Shown here: one piece after another, positions 15,250 to 22,382 of the stretch
Layout of the letters: each line of letters starts with the position of its first letter
Numbering within the stretch: the stretch's first letter is position 1
Assembly: GCA_963788195.1 (NCBI GenBank)
Contig: CAWBGA010000011.1
Span: forward strand, 33,206-57,205
DNA: 24,000 nt
Reading direction: 5' to 3'
DNA from: Nitrospirota bacterium
GTDB lineage: Bacteria; Nitrospirota; Nitrospiria; Nitrospirales; NS-4
Notes under the pieces: generated by a model
Told to the model about the DNA's origin: nothing
Seen by the model: only the letters and a program-made list of their open reading frames with translations
Databases searched by the model: none
Made by a program: the position numbers and the translations under genes

Positions 15250-15310
15250 CATTTCACCCACCCACCCACCCCAAGCCTGCCGAGACAGGCTTTTGTCCCG
15301 TGGGACAAAC
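15250..15310. repeat. Copy of the same repeat family (proximal half) with (CACC)4 and two hairpins
   Basis: CATTTCACCCACCCACCCACCCCAAGCCTGCCGAGACAGGCTTTTGTCCCGTGGGAC parallels 8050-8100. Hairpins: GCCTG(15275-79)/CAGGC(15286-90) and TTTGTCC(15292-98)/GGACAAA(15303-09). Confidence 0.65.
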
Positions 15311-15389
15311 TCCTTTTCCCCGGCGGCAGTATATCACGCAGTGACCTCTTTTTAGAGGGTTGCCGCGTATCTCATGCTATGTTACTCTC

Positions 15390-16496
15390 ATGCCTGACAT
15401 GCGTGAATCGGTCGATCTTCTGACTCTCTCCACTGCAGAACTTGAAGGCTTATTAAAGTCCTCTGGAGCCCCTCCGTACCGTACCGATCAGATATTACGC
15501 TGGCTCTATCAGAGACGGGTCACGGACGTGGAGTCCATGACCGACGTGCCGAAGCGGGAGCGAATGTGGCTTGCCGAGCGCGCTTCTATTTCCTTCCTCA
15601 AGATCGGCGGGATTCGTGAGGCGGTCGACGGTACACGAAAATTCGTGTTTTCGCTCGCCGACGGCCTGGCGGTTGAAAGCGTTGCGATCCCGGATGAGGG
15701 CCGCTTAACCTTGTGCCTTTCGACTCAGGTAGGCTGCACGCTCGATTGCGCTTTTTGTCTGACCGGCAGAATGGGATTGCTCCGCAATCTGAGATTTCAT
15801 GAAATCATCGGGCAGGTCCTTGCGGTGCAACGGCAACTAGGCCGGCAAGCGCTGACGAACATCGTGCTCATGGGAATGGGAGAGCCCCTCGCTAATCTCG
15901 ATGCGGTGGAAGAGGCCGTTAGTCGTCTGACGAATCGACGCTGGGGGCTTGGCTTTTCCCCGCGCCGCATCACACTCTCGACGGCTGGGCTTGCGCCGCG
16001 CCTCAAACGTGTCGCAGACATGGGTGTCAACCTTGCGGTTTCGTTGAACGCGAGCAGTGAGACTCAACGCAGTCGCCTGATGCCGGCCGCCAATCACACC
16101 TATTCTTTGAAGTCGCTCGTGGACGCCTGCAAGAAATATCCGTTAAAACCTCACCGCCGTCTCACGTTCGAATACGTCTTGCTGCGAGGCGAGAATGACA
16201 GCGTGGAAGACGCCGAGCGGGTTGCCGATCTTGTTCGGGGTATTCGCTGCAAAATCAATTTGATTCCATTTAATGAGTTCCCCGAAAGTCCATTCAGGCG
16301 TCCCTCCGACGCCTCAGTCTTGCGCTTTCAGAAAATCCTGACAGACCGTGGATTTGATGTCTTCATTCGCAAGAGCAAGGGAGAGGACGTGCTCGGGGCG
16401 TGCGGACAACTGGGCTCGCTCGAGCCCTCGCTTCTTGAACCACAGCGCAAGCGAGGCAAGCACGCTATGCCCCCACCTGCGCTTGTCTCCTCATAA
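15390..16496 (+). CDS. rlmN: Radical SAM 23S rRNA/tRNA adenine-C2 methyltransferase RlmN
   Basis: PPYRTDQILRWLYQ, the radical SAM motif GCTLDCAFCLTG, GMGEPLAN, LTFEYVLLRGENDS, INLIPFN and ACGQL. ATG at 15390; the tracked ORF starts at TTG 15360. Confidence 0.92.
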   Translation: MPDMRESVDLLTLSTAELEGLLKSSGAPPYRTDQILRWLYQRRVTDVESMTDVPKRERMWLAERASISFLKIGGIREAVDGTRKFVFSLADGLAVESVAIPDEGRLTLCLSTQVGCTLDCAFCLTGRMGLLRNLRFHEIIGQVLAVQRQLGRQALTNIVLMGMGEPLANLDAVEEAVSRLTNRRWGLGFSPRRITLSTAGLAPRLKRVADMGVNLAVSLNASSETQRSRLMPAANHTYSLKSLVDACKKYPLKPHRRLTFEYVLLRGENDSVEDAERVADLVRGIRCKINLIPFNEFPESPFRRPSDASVLRFQKILTDRGFDVFIRKSKGEDVLGACGQLGSLEPSLLEPQRKRGKHAMPPPALVSS

Positions 16497-16498
16497 GA

Positions 16499-17854
16499 AT
16501 GCTGTCCAATAGCAACAGTACCATCGGTGCCAAGAGGCTTTGTCTGTTCGCGGCGATGATGTTCTTTCTTCTGTCATCGCTCGCCGCCGCCGAAGGTCCC
16601 CGGGTACAAGAACATATACTCGCGAACGGCATGAAAGTGTTGATCGTCGAGGAGCCGAAAGCGCCTGTCATTACCGTGCAGATCTGGTACAAAGTCGGAT
16701 CGCGCAACGAGGTCATGGGCCGAGCCGGCTTGTCACATATGCTCGAGCACATGATGTTCAAGGGGACGAAGAAATACGGCAAAGGCGAATTCTCAAAGAC
16801 CATCAAGAAAAACGGCGGTAACGACAACGCCTTCACAAGCCAGGACTATACGGCCTATTTCGAAAACCTTGCCGCCGACAAGCTGGCCCTCGCCCTGGAA
16901 CTCGAATCCGACCGGCTACAAGGTCTGCTGCTCGACGACAAGGAGTTTCAGCTCGAGCGGGAAGTCGTCAAGGAAGAGCGCCGGCTTCGGACCGAAGACA
17001 ATCCCCAGGCGTACATGGTGGAGCAGATGTTCGCCCAGGCCTTCATGGAGCATCCCTATCACTGGCCGATTATCGGCTGGTTTCCTGATTTGAACGCCAT
17101 GACCCGCGAAGATCTTCAGCGACACTACGAGCAGTATTATGTTCCGAACAATGCCACGATAGTGATTGTGGGGGACGTAAAGGCAGAGACCGCCCTGCCC
17201 ATCATCAAGCAATACTTCGAAGGACTTCCGAAAGGCAGTCCTCCGCCGTTACAACAAATTGTGGATCCACCCCAGACTGGGGAACGGCGCATTGTCGTCA
17301 AGCGTGAGGCGCAGTTGCCTTTTATCTACCTCGGCTACAAAGTCCCGAATTTCAAGAGTCCGGACGTGCATGCCCTGGCCGTGCTCGAAAATATTCTCTC
17401 TTCCGGCAAAAGTTCCCGGCTGCACGACGCGCTTGTCTATCGGAAGAAGCTCGCGCTGGGGGTGGGGACAAGCTATAGCGAACTATCAGCAGATCCTGAG
17501 CTGTATACCGTATACGCCGTGGTGAGACCGGGAGCAAAGATCGAAGAGGTCGAGAAAGCCCTCTTGACGGAGATCGAACGTTTCAAGAAACAGGGCCCTA
17601 CCGCACAAGAGATGCAGAAAGCCAAAAATCAGGTAGAAGCCAGACATATCTTTGAGCAGGATTCCGTCTTCCGGCAAGCGATGCTGTTGGGTACGGCTGA
17701 AACGGTGGGCGCAGGGTGGCAGTACGTTGAGAACTATCTGGAGAATCTCCGCAAGGTGACCGAGCAGGATGTACTACGGGTCGCCCGGCAATATTTGGTT
17801 CCCGATGGGCTCACGACCGGCATTCTGGTGCCTACGGAACCCGCATCCCGATGA
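16499..17854 (+). CDS. Secreted M16 (pitrilysin-family) zinc peptidase, catalytic-type subunit
   Basis: Signal peptide (LCLFAAMMFFLLSSLAAAEG) and the inverted zinc motif HMLEHMMFKGT (HxxEH). The ORF starts 2 nt after the rlmN stop. Confidence 0.88.
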   Translation: MLSNSNSTIGAKRLCLFAAMMFFLLSSLAAAEGPRVQEHILANGMKVLIVEEPKAPVITVQIWYKVGSRNEVMGRAGLSHMLEHMMFKGTKKYGKGEFSKTIKKNGGNDNAFTSQDYTAYFENLAADKLALALELESDRLQGLLLDDKEFQLEREVVKEERRLRTEDNPQAYMVEQMFAQAFMEHPYHWPIIGWFPDLNAMTREDLQRHYEQYYVPNNATIVIVGDVKAETALPIIKQYFEGLPKGSPPPLQQIVDPPQTGERRIVVKREAQLPFIYLGYKVPNFKSPDVHALAVLENILSSGKSSRLHDALVYRKKLALGVGTSYSELSADPELYTVYAVVRPGAKIEEVEKALLTEIERFKKQGPTAQEMQKAKNQVEARHIFEQDSVFRQAMLLGTAETVGAGWQYVENYLENLRKVTEQDVLRVARQYLVPDGLTTGILVPTEPASR

Positions 17855-17991
17855 TTTCACGCGAGGCTTGTAAAGCGGGTGCCGTTTACGTCTTCTCGGT
17901 TTTTATAGCAGTCTCCTCGGCACGGGCATCGCCAAGAACAGCGAGGCGGCAGAGATCAAGCCTTCGCGCACGCTCATGCCGAATGGCTTGA
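17851..17991 (+). CDS. Signal-peptide-encoding 5' fragment of the second M16 peptidase gene
   Basis: ATG at 17851 overlaps the upstream stop (ATGA) and reads MISREACKAGAVYVFSVFIAVSSARA... The frame carrying the mature protein (..EAAEIKPSRTLMPNGL) is open from 17874 but has no start codon before 17976. Confidence 0.55.
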   Translation: MISREACKAGAVYVFSVFIAVSSARASPRTARRQRSSLRARSCRMA

Positions 17992-19223
17992 CGGTCTTGA
18001 TCCTGGACCAGCCCTTCCTCCCGATGGTGACGATCAACATCCTCGTAAAGGCGGGTGCCGTCAAGGACCCGGAGCGACTCGGGGGAGTGTCCTCGATGGT
18101 CGCAGAAATGCTGGACGAAGGCACAAAGACACGGAGTGCGACTGGGATTGCCCAGCAGATCGAGTTCATCGGAGGCGAGATGAGGTTTAGTGGGGGTGCC
18201 GATTTCAGCACCGGAACGCTCCGCGTCCTTAAGAAAGACATGGACCTGGGCATCACGCTTCTCGCGGATGCCCTTATGAATCCCGTGTTTCCCGAAAGGG
18301 AGGTGGAGCGCGTGCGCAGCGAGGTGTTAGGCGAGCTTCAAGGAGAAGGCGATCAGCCCGCTATCCTGGCCGACAAAGCCTTTGATGCGCTCGTGTTCGG
18401 GAGCCACCCCTACGCTCGGCCTGCGAATGGCACGCCGAAAAGCGTCTCTCAGATCACGCGAAAGCATCTCCTTGAATTCCACCGCACCCACTATCATCCC
18501 GACAACACGATTATTGCGGTCGTCGGCGACATCCGCGACACTGAAGCCCTGGATCTCATCAAGAAACATTTTGGCGCATGGGCCAAACGAAACTCTCCTC
18601 CCGACAAGGTCCCTCCGCCTCCGACATTGTCAAAGCCGGTGGTCAAGGTCATCGACAAAAACCTCACCCAGGCGAATATTGTCGTCGGCCATATAGGAAT
18701 CGAGCGGGCAAACCCTGATTTTTATGCCGTGTCGGTCATGAATTATATTCTGGGGGGTGGCGGATTTTCCTCCCGTCTAGTTAACCGGATTCGGGATCAG
18801 CTGGGCCTGGCCTACGACGTAGACAGCGGATTTCAGGCAAACGTGATGCCCGGTCCGTTTACCGTGCGCCTCCAAACTCGGAACGTCACCGCCAAGCAGG
18901 CCATCAGGAGTGTGATCGAAGAGATCAAGCGCATCCGCACCGAACCTATCAGTGATCAAGAACTTGCCGACGCGAAAGCATATTTGATCGGCAGCTTCCC
19001 CTTACGGCTCGACACCACTGTGAAGCTCTCCGCTTTGCTCGCGTTGATCGAGCTTCACGGGCTTGGTCTGAGCTATTTTGAGGATTATCCCAAGGCTATC
19101 GCCGCCGTGACGATAGAGGACGTTCTTCGGGTGGCGCAGAAGTATCTGCATCCCGAAGGGGTCGTGGTGTTAGCCGTCGCCAGGCAGGCCGAGGCGCAGA
19201 TCAGCCCAGAGATTGTCCAGTGA
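17976..19223 (+). CDS. M16-family peptidase, non-catalytic-type subunit (no HxxEH)
   Basis: It has the M16 fold pattern (LPNGLTVLILDQP..., two-domain length), but the zinc motif position reads VAEMLDEGT. It is paired with the HxxEH-bearing gene upstream. The true start is probably 17851, via a frame change near 17925-17945. Confidence 0.8.
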   Translation: MPNGLTVLILDQPFLPMVTINILVKAGAVKDPERLGGVSSMVAEMLDEGTKTRSATGIAQQIEFIGGEMRFSGGADFSTGTLRVLKKDMDLGITLLADALMNPVFPEREVERVRSEVLGELQGEGDQPAILADKAFDALVFGSHPYARPANGTPKSVSQITRKHLLEFHRTHYHPDNTIIAVVGDIRDTEALDLIKKHFGAWAKRNSPPDKVPPPPTLSKPVVKVIDKNLTQANIVVGHIGIERANPDFYAVSVMNYILGGGGFSSRLVNRIRDQLGLAYDVDSGFQANVMPGPFTVRLQTRNVTAKQAIRSVIEEIKRIRTEPISDQELADAKAYLIGSFPLRLDTTVKLSALLALIELHGLGLSYFEDYPKAIAAVTIEDVLRVAQKYLHPEGVVVLAVARQAEAQISPEIVQ

Positions 19224-20044
19224 ACTTCGCCGGCTCTCAGAATAATGACACACTGGGCCGGCTCAGGGGGATCATGTCCGATCTTGGCTCTGCCCTGATT
19301 GCTTTCTCTGGAGGCATTGACAGCACGGTGGTGTTAAAGCTGGCGCATGACGCCTTAGGAGACCGTGCCCTAGCCGTCACCGCTGTGTCCCCTACATATC
19401 CGGCATTGGAGCTCGACCTGGCAAGCCGACTCTGCCGGACCATCGGTGTGCGTCACGTGATTCACAACACGGACCAGTTACGCGATGCCGAATTCGTTCG
19501 AAACACGGCCTCCCGATGCTATCGATGCAAGACAGACCTGTATTCGGCGCTCGTACCCCTTGCCGAACGCATGGGGTTCGCACACGTCTGCGACGGTGCG
19601 CAGATGGATGATCTCGGAGATGATCGACCGGGAATGAAAGCCGCGCACGAGTACCGCGTGCGAAGCCCCTTACTCGAAGCCGGCCTCGGCAAGGAGGCCG
19701 TCCGGACTGCAGGGCGACTCCTTGGTTTGCCGAACTGGGACAAGCCCGCAGCCGCCTGTCTTTCTTCCCGCATTGCGCGCGGTGAGCTGATCACGCTCGA
19801 TCGATTGAAACGCGTCGAAGAGGCTGAAGCCTATCTGCTTCACGAGGGGTTTCGTCAGGTCCGCGTGCGGGACTACTCCGGCAGGGCGCGCGTGGAGGTA
19901 GGCCAGGATGAGTTGGACCGGCTGTTCGAGCCCCTGCTGCGAAATCGCGTGATGGTCACGCTCGAGGTGCTTGGATTTATACAGGTGACCTTGGACCCCG
20001 CGGGTTACCGGCAGGGCGGCACAAACCCGACTGCCGGGACCTAG
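19220..20044 (+). CDS. larE: LarE-like PP-loop ATP pyrophosphatase / sulfur transferase (TIGR00268 family)
   Basis: PP-loop AFSGGIDSTVV, CYRCK, and DKPAAACLSSRI (the position of the LarE sulfur-donor Cys). The GTG start overlaps the upstream stop (GTGA). Confidence 0.75.
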   Translation: MNFAGSQNNDTLGRLRGIMSDLGSALIAFSGGIDSTVVLKLAHDALGDRALAVTAVSPTYPALELDLASRLCRTIGVRHVIHNTDQLRDAEFVRNTASRCYRCKTDLYSALVPLAERMGFAHVCDGAQMDDLGDDRPGMKAAHEYRVRSPLLEAGLGKEAVRTAGRLLGLPNWDKPAAACLSSRIARGELITLDRLKRVEEAEAYLLHEGFRQVRVRDYSGRARVEVGQDELDRLFEPLLRNRVMVTLEVLGFIQVTLDPAGYRQGGTNPTAGT

Positions 20045-20158
20045 CGCCGGACATTTCATCTCGCCATGTATCCCGCTTCACCCTCTCTCTTAAGTCCAGT
20101 TGCAATTCCCCAAGGCGTCTAGATTAGAATACGTTCCAAAGCTTTTATGCGTAAACAC

Positions 20159-20180
20159 GCCCGGGCCTCCCGGGCTTCTT
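20159..20180 (+). terminator. GC-rich hairpin followed by UUCUU; a possible weak intrinsic terminator after larE, or a 5'-UTR element of the GYD gene
   Basis: GCCCGGG (20159-65), loop CCT, CCCGGGC (20169-75), then TTCTT. The SD sequence AGAGGTG and the ATG at 20196 follow directly. Confidence 0.35.
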
Positions 20181-20195
20181 AGAAAGAGGTGATCT

Positions 20196-20510
20196 ATGCC
20201 CGTCTATGTAAGTCTGGTAAAGTTTACACGCGATGGCATTATGACCATGAAGGACCAAGGTGTATCACGGTCCGATGCCGTCAAGCACAATGCCGAGGAG
20301 CTCGGGGGCAAACTCTTAAATGCGTACTACTGCCTTGGGGAATATGACGTCGTGGCGATCTGGGAGTTTCCAGACAACAAAACGGCCATGAAGGCTGCGG
20401 TCAAGAACGCGGCGATTGGGCACATTCAGATCAGCACGATGCCGGCCGTTGCGCGCGATGAATGGGCCGGTCTCCTCGGCGAAGTCTTTGGAGGTCAAAA
20501 AAAGAAGTAA
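20196..20510 (+). CDS. GYD domain-containing protein
   Basis: ~100-aa protein with VSLVKFT...GGKLLNAYYCLGEYDVVAIWEFPDNKTAMKAA, which is the GYD-family signature. Confidence 0.8.
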   Translation: MPVYVSLVKFTRDGIMTMKDQGVSRSDAVKHNAEELGGKLLNAYYCLGEYDVVAIWEFPDNKTAMKAAVKNAAIGHIQISTMPAVARDEWAGLLGEVFGGQKKK

Positions 20511-20513
20511 GGC

Positions 20514-21026
20514 TCAGGACTTGCCGTCATAGTCCCGGGCAACGGCGGAGAGCGCTTCTTCCGCCAGGCGCTTGTGGTCGGCATCCGTAAGGGTTCGCTC
20601 TACCAGCTTCTCTGCAACCCGAAGCGCGAGATCGGTGGCATAGCCACGCACGTCTTCAAGCGCGCGTCGCCGCTCCTGATCGATCTCGCGTGCCGTGCTC
20701 GTTCGGATTCGCTCCGCCTCCTGAGTGAGGCGTCGCTCATTTTCTTCCAAAAGATGCTGCGCCCGGTGTTTCGCCTGCTCGACCAGCGCCTCAGCTTCTT
20801 TGTGCGCCCCCTTCATTTTGATCTCATACTCGGCCAGCCGGCGCTCGGCTTCGGCCCTCTGCTGTTCGGCGGCCTCAATGCTGTCCCGGATTTTACGCTC
20901 ACGCGCCTCGAGCGCCTCGAGGAGCGGCGGGAAGGCGTACTTAGCCAGGACGAATAACAGAATCGCGAAGGAGACGATCTCCCAGAAAATAAGCGAGGAA
21001 AAAAAGTGAGTTTCAAACTGCGGCAT
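20514..21026 (-). CDS. atpF: F-type ATP synthase Fo subunit b
   Basis: One N-terminal TM helix (LIFWEIVSFAILLFVLAKYAFPPL) followed by a long E/R/A-rich helix. It sits directly downstream of atpE. Confidence 0.88.
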   Translation of the reverse strand: MPQFETHFFSSLIFWEIVSFAILLFVLAKYAFPPLLEALEARERKIRDSIEAAEQQRAEAERRLAEYEIKMKGAHKEAEALVEQAKHRAQHLLEENERRLTQEAERIRTSTAREIDQERRRALEDVRGYATDLALRVAEKLVERTLTDADHKRLAEEALSAVARDYDGKS

Positions 21027-21041
21027 ACATCGAGACCTTCC

Positions 21042-21278
21042 TTAAGCTTTACCTCGAAGACCCATGATGATAAACGCGATCACCAATCCGTAGAGCGCGA
21101 TCGCCTCGACAAGCGCGAATCCGATCCACATGTACTTGGCCACCCGGGCCTCTGCCTCAGGCTGTCGCGCTACCGCCTCGATCATCTTGCCGAAAATATA
21201 ACCGATCCCGACGCCCGCGCCCGCAAAGCCGGCGGCCGCCAGTCCCATCCCCAAAAACGCAGCAGCTACACTATCCAT
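21042..21278 (-). CDS. atpE: F-type ATP synthase Fo subunit c
   Basis: 78-aa hairpin with the ARQPE loop and the carboxylate in FALVEAIALYGLV. Confidence 0.93.
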   Translation of the reverse strand: MDSVAAAFLGMGLAAAGFAGAGVGIGYIFGKMIEAVARQPEAEARVAKYMWIGFALVEAIALYGLVIAFIIMGLRGKA

Positions 21279-21304
21279 TCACAATTCTCCTTTCGAGGCC
21301 TTAC

Positions 21305-22054
21305 CTAGTGCGCTTCTTCCGTATGACCATGTAGATTAATGGCATCTCCGAAGTACACACACGTCAAAATCGTAAAGATGTACGCCTGTATAAATGCAAT
21401 ACCGACTTCCAACACATAGATGGCTACCGTAAAGGCGAACGGCAGCCAGCCGAGCAGCAATGGCAAAGAGAGCGCCATCCCAAAGAGGACCGCGAGGATG
21501 GTATGGCCTGCTGTCATATTCGCAAAAAGGCGGACGGCCAGGGCGAAGGGGCGAGCTAGCTGGCTGATCAGTTCAATCGGCATCATCAACGGGAGCAACA
21601 GCGGCGGGGTTCCCGGGGGGATCAGGATCTGAAGGAACTTAATACCGTGGTAGGCGAAGCCGACCACAATACTCATCGCGTAGACAAAGAAGGCGAAGGC
21701 GGCGGTGACGACTATCTGGCTGGTGACAGTATAGGATCCCGGAACAAGGCCCAAAAGATTCGAAAAGAGGATGAAGATGAACAGACTCGCGATGAAGGGG
21801 AAAAAGACCATGCCGCGTTTGCCCATCGTATCGAGAATCATCCCTTGCAGAAACTCCACCAGCATCTCAGCAATACTCTGCATGTGGCCAGGAATCAGGC
21901 GCCGCTGCCGGCCGGCGGCGATCAGAAACCACGCTGCGAGCGCGATCACGATCCACATCATGATAACAGCCTTGTTTAGCGAGATATCCAGACCGAACAG
22001 TGAGATGGGTCCGTAGGAGTGGAGTTCAAACGTATGGAGCGGACTTTCCTGCAT
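21305..22054 (-). CDS. atpB: F-type ATP synthase Fo subunit a
   Basis: Multi-TM protein with the conserved Arg region (LALAVRLFANMTAGH). The likely start is ATG at 22054 (MQESPLHTFE), which overlaps the stop of the upstream atpZ-like gene (TGATG). The tracked ORF extends to 22153. Confidence 0.9.
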   Translation of the reverse strand: MQESPLHTFELHSYGPISLFGLDISLNKAVIMMWIVIALAAWFLIAAGRQRRLIPGHMQSIAEMLVEFLQGMILDTMGKRGMVFFPFIASLFIFILFSNLLGLVPGSYTVTSQIVVTAAFAFFVYAMSIVVGFAYHGIKFLQILIPPGTPPLLLPLMMPIELISQLARPFALAVRLFANMTAGHTILAVLFGMALSLPLLLGWLPFAFTVAIYVLEVGIAFIQAYIFTILTCVYFGDAINLHGHTEEAH

Positions 22055-22353
22055 CAGAGACGCGACGCCATTCGGTAGATGTTCAGAAGACCCGCGGACA
22101 TTCCGAGGAAGAGGCCAATGACGGTCAACCAGGGACTCATCCCGAAATACCAATCACCCAGGTATCCCAGGCCACCCCCGACAATCAAAGCCGCGACTAG
22201 CTCGACCCCAACCCGTGCGGCAAGTGAAAGGCCCTTCCGGAAATCATTTGGCTGCTCGTTCAGGGTACTGTTGTCCGAAAATCGCGCGACATTCAAACAG
22301 AATCGCCACGAGATGTCAAGATGACGGGCCTGGCGGTGTCTGCGTGTTCCCAC
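22054..22353 (-). CDS. AtpZ/AtpI-family small membrane protein preceding the Fo genes
   Basis: Two TM helices matching the family pattern (LAARVGVELVAALIVGGGLGYLGDWYFGMSPWLTVIGLFLGMSAGLLNIY). The start is uncertain: ATG at 22353 or TTG at 22296. Confidence 0.7.
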   Translation of the reverse strand: MGTRRHRQARHLDISWRFCLNVARFSDNSTLNEQPNDFRKGLSLAARVGVELVAALIVGGGLGYLGDWYFGMSPWLTVIGLFLGMSAGLLNIYRMASRL

Positions 22354-22382
22354 TGTTGCCTGGCAGGGTTCCGTGCGTTAAG

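Noticed and set aside
81-17991. Programmed ribosomal frameshifting, or a shared recoding signal, at the seven frame breaks
   Set aside because: I saw no common slippery heptamer or downstream structure. Both +1 and -1 directions occur, and the affected genes have no known recoding. Random indels are more parsimonious.
21042-21278. Na+-translocating c subunit
   Set aside because: The ion-binding Glu is followed by Ala (VEAIALY), not Ser or Thr, which is consistent with an ordinary proton-coupled c ring.
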